Shown here: positions 35,610-49,332 of the stretch, piece after piece
Layout of the letters: each line of letters starts with the position of its first letter
How positions within the stretch are numbered: the first letter of the stretch is position 1
Assembly: GCA_964304625.1 (NCBI GenBank)
Contig: OZ199839.1
Location: forward strand, 7,711,166 to 7,775,165
Direction of reading: 5' to 3'
Length of the DNA stretch: 64,000 nt
Source: Kudoa neothunni
Lineage: Eukaryota > Animalia > Cnidaria
The notes under the pieces: generated by a model
Database searches by the model: none
Told to the model about the DNA's origin: nothing
What the model saw: only the letters and a program-made list of their open reading frames with translations
Position numbers and translations under genes: made by a program

Positions 35610-38600
35610 GGGACAGCCATGTTTCGCCGGAATCACGCGTGCGCGTTTTCTCGTATATAATCGGCGATGCGCAGATGTCGGCGCGCCTATAAAATCATGA
35701 ATAAAGAAACTAGTGCTGATTTTATTATTACCAAGACGAAAAAAAATTATGACAAGCTTTTTTATAATGGGTTTTTTTATAATAAAGATTATAAAACAAA
35801 AGTTTGTCAGTATTGGAGGTGTCAAAAACGAGGATGTAAAGGTAGGCTAAGAACATTTCCGACAGAACAGATAGAGAGGTTGGATACGCTAAGTTTTCAT
35901 AGTCACTTAGTATCCGAGGAAGAAAAAAACAAGCAATTTTTCAAGGATAAAATCAAGCATATCGCAGAAAATACTGTATATCTAACTAATAAAGTGTATG
36001 ATATTGCAACTAATCAAGATGTCCAAAAATTGTCAAATATTCCAAAAAAGTCCGTTTATCAGGTGATTTGAGATATACGAAAACGAAAGAGTATTGATGT
36101 AAATCCTGAGACAAATCTTTGCGGATCGATAATGACCTTAAGGAACAAAAAATTTTGTATATACGATTCTGGATCCGAGGATAGTAATAGAATTATTATT
36201 TTTACAATAGAAGAAAATCTTTCGCACCTAAAACATTCCAAATTCTGGGTTTTCGACGGAACGTTCAAGGTTATTCCAAGAACGTTCTCCCAAATGTACA
36301 CATTAATGGTCACGTTTTTAACAAAATATTACCGTTGGTGTTTATTTTAATGACAGATAGGTCGGAGAGCAGCTATGACCATATTATTCAAATTATAAGA
36401 GAGGAAGGAAACCTGGAACTTCCCAACATTATCATAGATTTTGAGGTTGCTGCGTATAATGCATTTAAAAAAGAAACAAAACGTGATGTGCTCTTCTGCT
36501 TGTTCCATCTTGTCCAGTGCGTTAATCGAAGATTACATAAATTGGGTCTATCAAAGTGTTATCAGGAAGATAGTGAGTTTAAACTTTTTGTCAAGTGCGT
36601 TACTTCGTTAGCCTTTGTACCGAAAGATTACGTGAAGATAGAATTTGAAAAATTACTTCTACAAGCCAAGAAAATTGAAATAAAGAATTTAAATCTATTC
36701 CTAAGTTATTTTGAGAAGAACTTCATTAATAGTAACAAATACCCTGTTGAATCATGGAACGCTCATTCTCGAACCCTTAATGACATACCTCTAACCTCCA
36801 ATAATGCAGAAAGTTTCCATCGACATTTTTATGCTAGGTTTGATCAAGCACATTCAAGTCTACTAACTTTTATTAAAAATTTACAAGAGAGACAAAGCTC
36901 AGTTGAACAAGAAGCCATGTTTTATTTATGCAATCCTAATAATGATCCTTGGAGTAAAGATGTTAAATTAAAAATGGATAAGTTGAAAGCTTTTTGTGAG
37001 AGTTACCATCGATATTATGATACATTCTTCGTTCAAGCTATTTCCAAAGAATATAACTGGTATATAGAGTAACCCCACTTTCCCCTACCTGCATTTCGCT
37101 TTATAATATCTTAGTTTTTCTAATTCGTATGCTGTCGCTGATAATGAGTACAGGAAAAAATTTCTATTAAATAGAAGTTACAGGTTATCGATATTGGAAA
37201 ATGTGTGATCATATGTCATTTCCATGTATTCGCAGATCACTTGAAAAGTATCATTTTGTCTCCCTTAGATTATTTTTTAATTCTCGTTATCGCTCAATAT
37301 ATATTTTTCGAACATAAATTCAAACCTTTCCATGTAACAATTTTTTCTTCCTTTTTTCGTGTAATAAATCTTCCTTTCTTTTTAGCATTAAGTATTACAT
37401 TTTTTCTGTAAAAATATTTTCTCCGCCTTCGCATCAATTAATACTACATTTAGATTTTTCTTAGAACAAGAATTAGTCATAGAAATAGCCAATAACTGCA
37501 GGTATTTTTATAGCAACTTTTGATTACGTTTAGATTTTCAGGATACATGTCAGACCTTTCGCCAATCTTGTGACAACAATTTATTCTTACCTAGTTACTC
37601 TTGTTTTTTTTTTGTAAATTTAATCGATTTTTTATTTATTAAGAATATAACAGCGTTTATTTCCAATATTAATTGTTTTATTATTCCAAATGTTTTCACT
37701 GACCTATTATTTAATTATTTAAGTTATTACAAAATGGAATAATATAATATGAAAGATATTTATAAATTACTATAGTTATGATGTTTAAGAAAGGATAAGA
37801 ATGTTTTTAACTAACTATCTCACCTATTACATACAAAACATCTTATCTTTGACAAATTCGTTAATATCGCATGCGCCTTTAGCCACCCATGGGTTTATAT
37901 TAGGGGTTTTTTACTTTTAGCGTACGTATATAAATCTGTATTCTTGTAGTTGCAATGAAATAATTTTAGTTAATAAATTTTTTATATGGCGATTATGTTA
38001 GTTTCCTGTGTTTTATTTCAGGATAATACTTTAATCATCTATCTACAAATTGAATTTTACAAACAACTACACATACACAGATATTATTTTAAGTATTTTT
38101 TAAGGTTAATATAGATACCTTAAGCATGATTTAAAATTAATTACATGTCAAACAAATAAATTTATAATTATCCAAAAAACTCAATTTTTGTCTTTAAATT
38201 ATATGCAACATTCAATTTAAAAAAACAACATAACCGCTATTTCGCGCATATACATACATATTTATTAATTAATCTGGCATATTTTATATATTCTATATGT
38301 TAGGGAAATGGAAACGAATATATAAATTAAAATTATCGATGGAATGATAGACCTTAAAATTTACAGATCAGAATTGTAGATTCTGCTTCAATTCCTTTAT
38401 TTTCCATTCCCATGAATTTTTTTGGCTGCTGTATTGAGAAAGATAGAAGATATAACTGTATCTTATAAAATTGGCTTACCTTTATAAAATAGAAATAATC
38501 TCCCAAAAGGTTCATCAAAAAATGACTATTCCATAAATGGTAAGGCCAGCAAATTGTAAACTTAAAGCTTAGCTTTCTGGACAATGCTATAGCATAACAA

Positions 38601-40296
38601 AAATTTGATGGGAATGTTTAAACTTAATTTATTCGTAAAAATGATTTTTTTTTCCAGGTTTTAAATCTCGATTTATCTTTTTAACTCAAAACAAATAATA
38701 TTTGATTCATTATCAATTTTTTGGTGTTAACCGTAACATAAATAATTTATAACTAATATGTAATCAAGCAACTTTTCTGACTCAAATGATGAAAATATTT
38801 AGCTTCTAAAGAATGTGTTAATATAGTTGATTAAATTAGAAAAAATATAAGTTTAAGAAATAATGAATTTTTCTTTGAAAATTTCTAAATTATTCAACAA
38901 GATTTGGTAATAACTAAGTTAAGTAGTTTCCATAAATTTAAATTTGTGCCGGGGATTAATATATTAACTCCATTTAATAAATTGTTGACAGAAATTAAAG
39001 ACGATGAGTTGATGGAAGATGGCATATTCAATGGTTGAACAGGTTATAAATCCGCCCTAGAGATTGATACTATCTTTTTAAATGAAATAATGAATTTATT
39101 AGATACAATCACAAATATTACATTTCAAATGTTTAATAAAGTTAAAAAACGTAATTTTTTAATAAATAGTTGGATATAAATTTCAAAAAAGTATCACACA
39201 TTATATATTCTTAAAGCGTTCATAAAATTACAAAAATTGATCCGCGTTGCATTTTAAGTATTTTTGGACAAAGGTATAACAGGAACTCGGTTACATACTG
39301 TTCTAATCCATATAATTCACTTTATGGGGGGATAGTCAAGAATTTATTCAAAAATTGTACCCCATAAAAGTTAATAAATCTCATCGCCGGTAAATGTAGA
39401 ATTCAAACTGCAGTCTAATGATTAGAAATAATTAACAAATTATAACATTGTTACGTTCAGAGGAATTTTACTTATTAATTGTACTTGATATGGTTTATAT
39501 AAACTTAAATAATAACATAAGAAATATAGGAAACATTGCAAAAATGCATGTATGTTACTATTGTATTTTTATTAAGTGCAAACAGAATAGATCGAAAAAT
39601 TGTGGTATTGATTTTATTTTATTTTATTCTAATCATATTATTTATTATCGTTAATCATTTGTTAATGCTTGCATAATATTAAATATACAATACATATTGT
39701 ATATAATTTTTATTCCTTAACATCTTTCGTATATTATTATTAAATCTTAAGACTCAGGATAAAATTAAATTCACCCTCTCATATATATAATACTAAATGC
39801 CAAAAAATAAAACTAAAAACTTTATAAGATCGATTTTTAATGTTTATGTTTCTATTATGGTAAGTTGAATTTAAATATTATATAAAAGAACTAAATGATG
39901 CCGGCTTATAAGCGATAGTTTAGCCATCAGTGTTTATATACCACCAAAAATAAGTGATAATATTTACATACTTTTCATCAGTTTTTAAGCATTAACATGA
40001 TAACCGATTTAAATACTAATTATACAATAGGATTATGAATTTTATTTTATATTGAAAACACACAAAAGCAAATAGCAACGCATTTCATTGAGAAAAGAAA
40101 AGGTATGCATACGTGTCAACTGATCTATTATAATACACCGATTATACATTAAAAATATGAATATCTATAATACAATTGATTAATATACGTAGTTATTGCA
40201 GAACTATAATTTAAACCTACAAAAAGACTAAATAAAAAGAAACTCTAGTGTGCGCGCGCCGACTAATCTTTGCCTCCGGCAAAACTTGGCCGGTGG
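35610..40296 (+). mobile_element. FLYWCH-MULE DNA transposon 1 with imperfect TIRs, flanked by an 80-bp direct repeat
   Basis: Left end GGGACAGCCATGTTTCGCCGGA versus right-end reverse complement CCACCGGCCAAGTTTTGCCGGA. Flanks 35530-35609 and 40297-40376 match at 79/80 positions. Confidence 0.8.
35697..37072 (+). pseudogene. FLYWCH-MULE transposase (frameshifted)
   Basis: YWRCQKRGCKGRL...HSH (FLYWCH), WVFDGTFK, IIDFE, CLFHL and TSNNAESFH, spread across ORFs 35667-36071, 36132-36350 and 36335-37072. Confidence 0.9.
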
Positions 40297-40700
40297 GGAA
40301 TGGTTGAGCGACTAAATAGAACTATTTGCGATATATTAAGTAAATGTGTGAAAAGGCATAGTGATTGGGACGAAATACTTCCCCTGATTATGGTGGCGTA
40401 CAGAGCAGCGAACCATGCTGGGACTAAACATACACCTAATTTTCTGATGCTTGGTAGAGAAACATTCACCGATTGATATGCTTTTTGATAATTCGAAAAC
40501 ATTCAATAGTTTAGACAATTATATTAAAAATCTTAAAGTGAACATGAAAATGGCCCATAAATTAGCCTTCGAACATTTGAAAAATTATCAAGATAAATTC
40601 AAAAACACCTATAACAAAAAAGCATATGGTAAACTATATAATGCTGGTTCCAAGTCTATAAAAACCCTCAATTTTACCGATAATCTCAATTCCACACAAA

Positions 40701-41572
40701 ATGAAGTTGATTGAGTCTGTTGAATTTTTTTCCAACAATAAAAATGTTGTTAACTTTTGCATTGACAATGGTTTAATTGCAGATAAACAAATATGTCCGA
40801 ATTGTGGCCATTATATGATACTCGTGAGTTATGATATAATTGACAATTACATCTGGAGATGTAGAGGTGGTGGATGTCATAAAAAATTATCTCTCGGAAA
40901 TGGATCGCTTTTTTTCAAATCCAAAATGAATCTTTTCAAAATACTATTATTATTACGGTTGTGGAGCCATAATTATTCCATTAGATTGATAACTAAAGAT
41001 TTTCATTATTCCTCTCATACTGTTGTGCGTTGGACTAAAACGTTTCGCAAAATATGCGTTAAACATTACGAAAGAAATGTCACTGTTAAAATCGGCTGTC
41101 CAAGTCGAGTTGTTGAACTCGATGAAACGCTTTTAGTGAAAAGAAAAAACAACCGAGGACGCCCATTACCTGAACAGTGGGTTTTTGGTGGTATTTGCCG
41201 GAATAGTAATGGTCGAAAAAATTCGAATGTTTCATCGAGTTTGTAAACAATAGGACCGCCAATACACTACTATCGATCATTGAAAGAAGAATTATACCCG
41301 GAACAATCATCGTCACAGACGGATAGCGATCATACAGCAATTTAAACCGTTTGAGTATGAATCATTTTGTTATCAAACATGAATACCACTTTGTGGATCC
41401 CCGCGATTCATTGATACATACCCAAACAGTTGAAAATTTTTGGATGCAACTAAAAAAATGGTTACGTACAAAAGGAACCAGCATTAGAGTCCATGAATGG
41501 GATTACGTTGCAGAGTTTTTGTTTAAAAAGCAGATAAACAACACATACTCCGCCATAATAGATGAACTTTGA
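40701..41572 (+). pseudogene. Merlin/IS1595-type transposase (frameshifted)
   Basis: CPNCG..WRC zinc ribbon, VELDET, QWVFGG, IVTDG, H..FVDP...HTQTVENFW. Confidence 0.85.
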
Positions 41573-42612
41573 ATTAAATAATTAATAAATATAGTTATTG
41601 TGGATAATATTATTTGTTTATGTAGTCAATTTTTTATGCGTATTTGGTATATATGTTGTTTGCGTTTATTCTAGTTTACCATCAATATTTATATATTGTG
41701 TGGTATAATTCCAATAAATCACATCTATAGACCAATTAAAACACATATTGGATAATTGAAAAATAGCGTTTGTAAATATTTTATTTATTATAATAATAAT
41801 TCGTCTATTTAATCAGTGAATGTGTAAACATTACCTAATAAATTTGTACACAATTTCAAAATAAATAAAGTCTAAAGATTGAGAATAGTGCCGTTGTTAA
41901 AATTTCGCTACAATAATATCATTGTTGAATGGTTAGAACTTTTGTTATCAATTATATATTTACTATAAAAATGTATAAACTAAAAAAAGTATTACTGGAA
42001 TGTTATTGACCAATAAATGACTCAAACTCGATATACAATAATAATAGGGGTGATAATTAAATTAACGTATAAGGTTATTTAAACGATTGCGTCGTTCAAC
42101 CCAAAATACTACAAAATATGTTTCCTGTTTTTTTATATCTAAAAGTTACTTTATGAATAATAAACTTGTCTCGATTTTTCGTTAATTCACAAAAATTTAA
42201 GTTGGGCCTTATCTTATGTGTTGCATTTGTAAGTTGGATGCGAAATTTTGTTTTGACATCGTTAGTGTGAATATTTGTACTGGGTATTCCACAATTTTAT
42301 TACAAAAAAGCTTGAATGATCTCAAATAAATTCACAACGGAGGTTGTTATTGGTACCACACCTTACGGTATAAGTAGTGTGTCCCCAGGCGGAAATCAAT
42401 ATTTTCCCACATCCTCACCAAATGACAAACATAGGAATCAGTTGGGTTTGTGTGTAACAGGTATTCATTTAATATGCTGATGTGAATAATAAAAATTTTT
42501 AAAAATGTAATTCAGTGTTAGTGACATCCTTCCAAATTAGTTATGTTAACACTCACATTAGTACACACACACAGAAATTGCGATTGAAATATTTTAATAA
42601 ATTTATACAAAA

Positions 42613-42641
42613 ACTAGCCGTAATACCCGGTTACGCTAGGG
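42613..42641 (-). mobile_element. Helitron-like 3' terminus
   Basis: The minus strand reads CCCTAGCGTAACCGGGTATTACGGCTAG|T: a GC-rich hairpin followed by CTAG. Confidence 0.45.
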
Positions 42642-43784
42642 TTGTTGGGAATATTTAATTCAAGGGAAAATATGTTTAATATAACATCTATGCAAGGATT
42701 TATCGCCCATAACTCCCGCCTCGGGTGGCTCGAATCCTCATGGTCATCCGAAGGTTGATTTCGTTGAAAACTTAAAACGCTAGAAAATACAACTAAAAAT
42801 TGTTTGTTTCTTTCGAAATTCTATCTATCACTATTCGAACACGAATATTTTTATTCCTAACAGATTACTTTTGGCAGTCCCAAAACTTTTTTAAAATTCA
42901 CCGTTTTATGGAACACACAATCTTGGGAAAATTCCAAAGTTTTTATTTTATATATAATATATAAATATTTTTTTACAAGTTACGAATAATCTTAATTATT
43001 CCTTGATAAATTGTCAGTCTTTTGGATTGGATACAAAAATTACAATATTTTGCGTCAACTATAGTCCAAAAAATAAAAAAATATTTTTAGGTTAGTTGGC
43101 ACAAATTAAAATTCCGATTTTTCTCTATCATCTATTTATATATTAATTTTATTTATATATCCTTTTTTTCTCCATTATGAAAATTATAAGAAAGAAAAAT
43201 ATAGATGAGGCAGCACTTAATTGTTTTGCTTTTTCATTAGAGATTCAAGTAATGTACGCATGTGTGATATAAAGTTAACCATTTACATTAATGAGCTGCC
43301 TCACTGCCTCATGTATAATCTTCTTTTTAAACAGAATTGTAAAGAGAATAAACGTCACATTAAAGGGCGTCGGGCGTGACATTAATATTACCCAAACATC
43401 TCATTAGTAATGTACTGGTGATCATTAATATTAATTATAATATCATTAAAATTGTAACCAACCTAATTATAGAGTTACTATAAAAAAGGGTCTTGATTAC
43501 GTTACAAAATTGCATACACTAAAGCTTTCCATAATTCTACAGGAATTATCTGTTGTTAAAAAAAACATAAACGTAATACTAATCCCTTGATATATTATAA
43601 TAATATTATTATTATCATAATTACGGTTACCACCGGGAACGGGAACTAGTGACTTGTCACTAACTTAGAATCGTTAGTAGTGTTACTGGATTGTGATTCT
43701 GTTGTTGCTGTATTCATTCATTACAATCATTCATAAGTATATCCCTCTGAATAAATTAACGCATTAACGCGTTACTCATTTACA

Positions 43785-46697
43785 GTGTCAAAATCAAAAG
43801 CTTTATCTACAGGGAAGATAATTGCTGCAATAAATCATTACGTCAGGTACAAAACATTTACAACATATGATGAATTAATAGACCAAATGAAAAAATCCAA
43901 TGTCATAGAATACATTCATGGTGACAAACCTGTGATACCATTCTTCGACATAGACATTAAAAGTCTGGATATCATAAACCCCAATCTGAAAGAAATCGGT
44001 GATAAATAATGCCGGTTGTTAAAAGCAAAACTAAAATCAATATTTCATCCTAACCGCACTGAATTCTTCGAGCTCAAATCGCACAATTTTGATAGCCTAC
44101 CGCAACAATATTCAATTCATCTCATGGTCCGTGCTTACAACTCAAACAATGAGATTTTAATGTTGGAAAATGTTTCCAAGCTACACAAATTAATAAAAAA
44201 TAATGACGTATTCAACATTAACGGAGTAGATCCTAATGTATATAAATCTGGAGGTGGTTTGTTCCGTTCATTGTATGCTTCTAAACAAAAGCAAATGAGA
44301 CCATTCGTTGCAATTCTACGTGATGGACAGGAGGAAAATGATGATTACATGAAAAAAACATTAATCCATTACATAGAAAAACCTTAAAAAATTTATGCAC
44401 AAAATCCAACCGACAATGTATCCAACAACGCCATAATGAACCTCCGTGATGACGCATTTCCTAACAACGAAAGAAACCTCAATATTTTGCCCAACCCTGA
44501 TATTTATGAATATCAACCTAGCCATATACCGGACACGTTTGCTTCTCAATTTTTGCAAGAATTAGTCACAATTCTTTATGGACAACATCATATAGATAAA
44601 TTTTTAAATAGTTATCACAAACAAAACACATTTTGTGTGTTTTAAAGGTTACTGTATAAAAGCGAATCGCCACCATAAATCTAACGTGTTGTATGGTTGT
44701 CTCACTCCTTTCACTCTAATAATTGGATGCCAAAATGAATGCTGTGGGGAAATTTATAGGATGGAATATTCCCAATTTTCCCACGCTAAGAAAATAATAT
44801 ACGACTCAGGACTGCTTCACACTTTGTTAGCGTCGTAACTCCTTTATCCACTCCCTGCACTACCGTTAACAAACTCCATTACAATCTATACAGCAGATGT
44901 CACCCCCTACAACGATTTATCAATCAACGAACCAACAAAACATCAACATATTATTGAACCTAAACGTCACATTGTTTTGAATAAAACAACTAATCAAGAG
45001 GTTTACACCTCAACAATAAAAACTTATATGCTTAATATAAGTTTCTCAAATCTAACAATTCAAAGTAATCAATTATAATAGTCACTCTAATTTATTAATC
45101 ATAGACATATTCACTTTAGACACCAAAACAACCAAAGAAATTCGTTCAAACGAGTATTTGGAAATAGTCGTTTCCGAAAAGACCAATAAAATAAATCATT
45201 TAACAAGAAAAACTACAGGGGAATTTAAAAACATACCAACATTTGATAACTGGCTAAAAATTATCATGAGGTTCACACCCTTGCATGATTATATCTACAT
45301 CGGTGAATCGAACGAATGGTTTGGCTATAATTATATACAGAATAATTGTGGAAAAATCCCAAATTAACTCATCAAAGGATTAATATATATTTACATAAAG
45401 AAACAAGGTAATATATTCCTCAGTATGTTAAAAGACATTGAAATTTCTATTGGACGCAACACCTTCCTCAATCAAATTCTGAATTTTTGCAAAAAAGCAT
45501 TCAATCCACCCAATCAGACATAAAGATTCACTAATTATTAAACATTTTTGTTTAAGTCATTCAAAAATATCGACACTTTGCATGCAAATATTCATTCCCA
45601 AAATTTAATTTACGAATTATCCACCAACACATTTCGAAATAAAATCAAACAAGACATGTCCCTCTGCATGTTTCCATTCCTTTATTTTCCCAATACTACT
45701 TCAAACAAAATAAAAGAGTTTCTTAATACATTGTTAAAAACCGACCAACAACAAATATTGTTTGCTTATTTGAGAGAGGCTGTATTCAAGCTCATATCAC
45801 AAACCATTCTCTTTTTATATGGACCTACAGGAAGAAATGGGAAAACCACAATAATAAGAATAATCGAAAAATTCTTCGGAAATTTTAACTACATTATCCC
45901 GTCTGAATTACTTATGTTTAATAAAAAACAATGAATCCACAACGAACGATATGGATCCGAGATTTGCACCGTTTCTGAACAAAAAAATAGCCACAGTGGG
46001 TGAAACAAAGGGTGACGTATTCAATTCCGGAATAATAAAAACATTAACAGGTATTAATATTTGTAAATATAAAATTTTTCTTTCGGTGGAGATGTGGTTT
46101 CTTTCAGGATGTTGTACTCCAACAAAATTGTTTCATTTGTAAACAAAGCAAAAATAATTATTTCTACAAACCATTTACCCTCATTCTCAATCCTGGATAA
46201 GGCTATCATGAGGCGTATTCGGATTGTGAACTTTCCATTCCAATTTAAAGGAAAAATTGAATGTGACATGGAAAATTTACTCCAAGAGTTAACCACCAAC
46301 GTCCACATGTCGGAATTATTCGACATAATAAATAAACAAACTCAGATAGATTTTTGGAATCCAAAATATGAGATTTCGTTTTATTACAATGACGGAATTA
46401 CAAAGTGTGGAGGAAATATTTTCCAAATTTTTAAAACATGTCATCCTAAGCGATAATAAAAATGATTTCATCGTTTTTGTAGAATTAATGAAATTGTTCG
46501 ACGAGGAAATCTTGCAAAGCAATCGTGCCAACCTCTACAAACAGTACCGATATGAATTTTGTGGTCATCTTAGGTCGATAGGTCTAGAACCTATCGAGTC
46601 TAAATCTAGAGTTAACGGGATTTTTAAAACGCATTTTCAAAAAATGCAAACATCTTTAACTATTATTAGATACATATTGATTTGTGTTATGTCATGA
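43785..46697 (+). pseudogene. AEP PrimPol + zinc-binding domain + D5-like SF3 helicase (virus/Polinton-like), fragmented
   Basis: PFFDIDIK (AEP motif I), YSIHL (motif II), DPNVY...FR..Y.SK (motif III), C..ANRHHKSN..C....C, Walker A GPTGRNGKTT, and motif C IISTNHLP...DKAIMRRIRIVNFP. Confidence 0.8.
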
Positions 46698-47675
46698 AAA
46701 ATTATTATTTCTATTGTGCGTTCACAAATCCAAATTTATATGATATTAAGATTACAATCTTGTTCTTTTGTTAGGAAACTCCCAATAAATAATCGAAACC
46801 TATATGTAATAAATGAACGACCATTAACTTGAGATGAAGTCACAATAATAAAATAATTATTGATTATATGTTTAGTCTTGCATATATATAAAAACTTGAA
46901 CCATATATATCAAATTAAATTTAGTATTTCACGTTATAACAACATGTATCAGCATTTACAATGATATATATATATATATATATATAAATCAACCTTTGAA
47001 AATAGAAACTACGTGACTATATTATAATCGAAATAGTATTAATTTATCAAAGTAATCTTGCTACATTCTAACGCATGCGAAGGTAGGTTAAAATGTAGAA
47101 TAGTGTTCACATTTTCCGATTAAGGATTATAATTTGTTCATAGATTAATCCTAAATTTTTTATAACAAATTTCCATGAAATATGTTGAACATTTATGGTA
47201 GGAATGAGCGGATTAATTATAATAAATTAATTTTTATGTTAACGTTATGCATTTGATACAATTTAACACCGAATGCTTGCAGGAAATATGAATATCTTAT
47301 ATTATAGACATGGAATTAATAATAGGCAATCGCTAAGGATGAAATATGACAATCAATAAAAAATCATAGTTGTCACACTCAAATTTTAGGATAAACAAAG
47401 CATGCTTTACTTCATCGATTAGATGGTATGGCCTATGGAAATAACTACGAGGGGCTAGCAGTTATGTAAAGAATATATTACAAAAACTATTATCGATAAC
47501 GAATACAGTGCCGAAAATAACCTACTGATGGTGAAACAATGATAAATACAAAAAATTGGAATAATCAACAGGTTCGATTTTTATCGTGGTCGCTGATTTG
47601 GATTACGGCCACTATTCTACATTTTAACCTATTTTTCTCATAATGTTATGAATACTAACTACAACAATCTTAACA

Positions 47676-48572
47676 TTTCTCATAAGGATAATCCATCGGT
47701 TAATTCCACTAATAACATTAATACAGCAAATTATCATGATAAAAATGACGTTGAAAATAAATTACCTGATACTTTACATTCTAACTCCAACTATAATTCT
47801 AATTCGCCTGAATATGACGTAGTTGAAGTACCGTCGGTCCACGACGACTCTGACGATGTGTCGGCAGCGATAATTGATATTCATAATGATTTACTATCTA
47901 AACGTCCTAATTCTAAAAATCATTTAACATCTAAAATTAAATACGCATCGTTAAATCCTTCAGAGAAATTTGTTATAATTGGAGAAGATAGTAATGCATT
48001 AATTCATCCACTTGCTAATAATAATCCGATCGATAATCCTTCTGATGATTCGGTGCGTGTATCCGATGATGACAATTGGTTGTTTGAACACTTAAATCAA
48101 CCTATTTATAACTTAAATTACTCTCATAACAATCGTTCGCCAATTCACACATCATCTAATGGTAATATTAAAATTAATGACCTTGTCATTAACACTAATG
48201 GTAACGCTAATTTAACTAATGTTGTTCATATTGATTCAATTTCTGTATTAGATCTCTCTTCTGCCCCTAGTGCTCGTAATAGTTCTAATATTAACATTAA
48301 TTTAAATCTCGATCCAATTTTTAAAAAACCTATTCGTGACCTTGTCACAATCTCTCCTAATAATAATCACCCTAGTTATAATAATTGTTCACCAACTACT
48401 AGTCCTTTAACATCAAATTCTGATGTAGATGCAATGTGCAATAATTCAATAAATAATGTTAATATTGATTCAAATGTTTGCGATCGTAATAACCCATTAA
48501 ATGCGCAAATTAACAATTCATTAACGATATGTGCTGACATGTCATTTGTTGACAATGTCACAAACGACTCTA
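47676..48572 (+). pseudogene. Continuation of family B copy B' (Asn-rich region)
   Basis: ORF 47648-48682 aligns to about aa 154-455 of the family B protein (ENKLPDTL, SAAIIDIH, WLFEHLNQPIY). It resumes exactly where 32209 broke off. Confidence 0.9.
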
Positions 48573-49332
48573 AGGTTAAAGTTCACTTTAGCCTCATACC
48601 TTTCGGTAATAATCGGAACCCGAAAAAAACTTCGGATTGGGTATTATTTGCGTTAGCGATGAAGCCTTTATTTCCACAATGATTGCATTTGTTGATGGCT
48701 TATGGCCTCACAGTTCCATATCTTAATTATATGCATTCATCCACGTATTAGAATTCAGAACTAAAATTTCCTCTAAAAATTTCACAAAAAATCAGCTTCG
48801 TGCGATATCGAAACCACGTGCAATCTCTATTATTCAGGTTCTTATCTTAAAATTAGCATTATTTTTTCACTTTTAGTAAGTTATTCGAGGACGTATCCTC
48901 TTAGAACACTTTTAAAATTATCTTAAAGACAGTATAAAGTAAAATAATTAAAGTTTAATTCGATATTTATTATCAAGAAAAACGCTTTTTATAGATATAT
49001 ATTTTTTATTTAATGTAACTTAGTAAGTAAAAATACTGGAAATAATCTATTTTAGTTTATAAATTTTTGTAACTGTTTTTTATTTTTGAAGACAAAAGTT
49101 GTCTTTTTTTCCACTAAAATTGTTTCAATTTATTTTTTTTGAGTTAAGTTATTTATTATTTTTAGGTTTTATATTTTTCAATGTGTTTAAAAAAATTAAT
49201 ATTTATTTACATCCCATATATGAAATTCATTTGTCTGTAATATCTAATAAAAAAATACACAAAATAGTATTTTGTGAGTAGCATGCCTATTAATTATTAT
49301 GGGTTTATATGTATGTATGCTAGATTTATATA

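Larger units (their letters stand above)
32210..47675 (+). mobile_element. Decayed Ty3/Gypsy element inserted in B' and itself hosting nested insertions
   Basis: TG...CA ends with TTTCT TSD (32205-32209 and 47676-47680). 5' LTR 32210-32382 followed by PBS-like TGGCGCATCG; partial 3' LTR ~47630-47675. Gag, protease (LIDTGS), RT (PFGLCNSPATFQR), RNase H (TDAS) and integrase (HTDQG, GMVER) fragments lie at 32384-35609 and 40297-40644. Confidence 0.85.
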
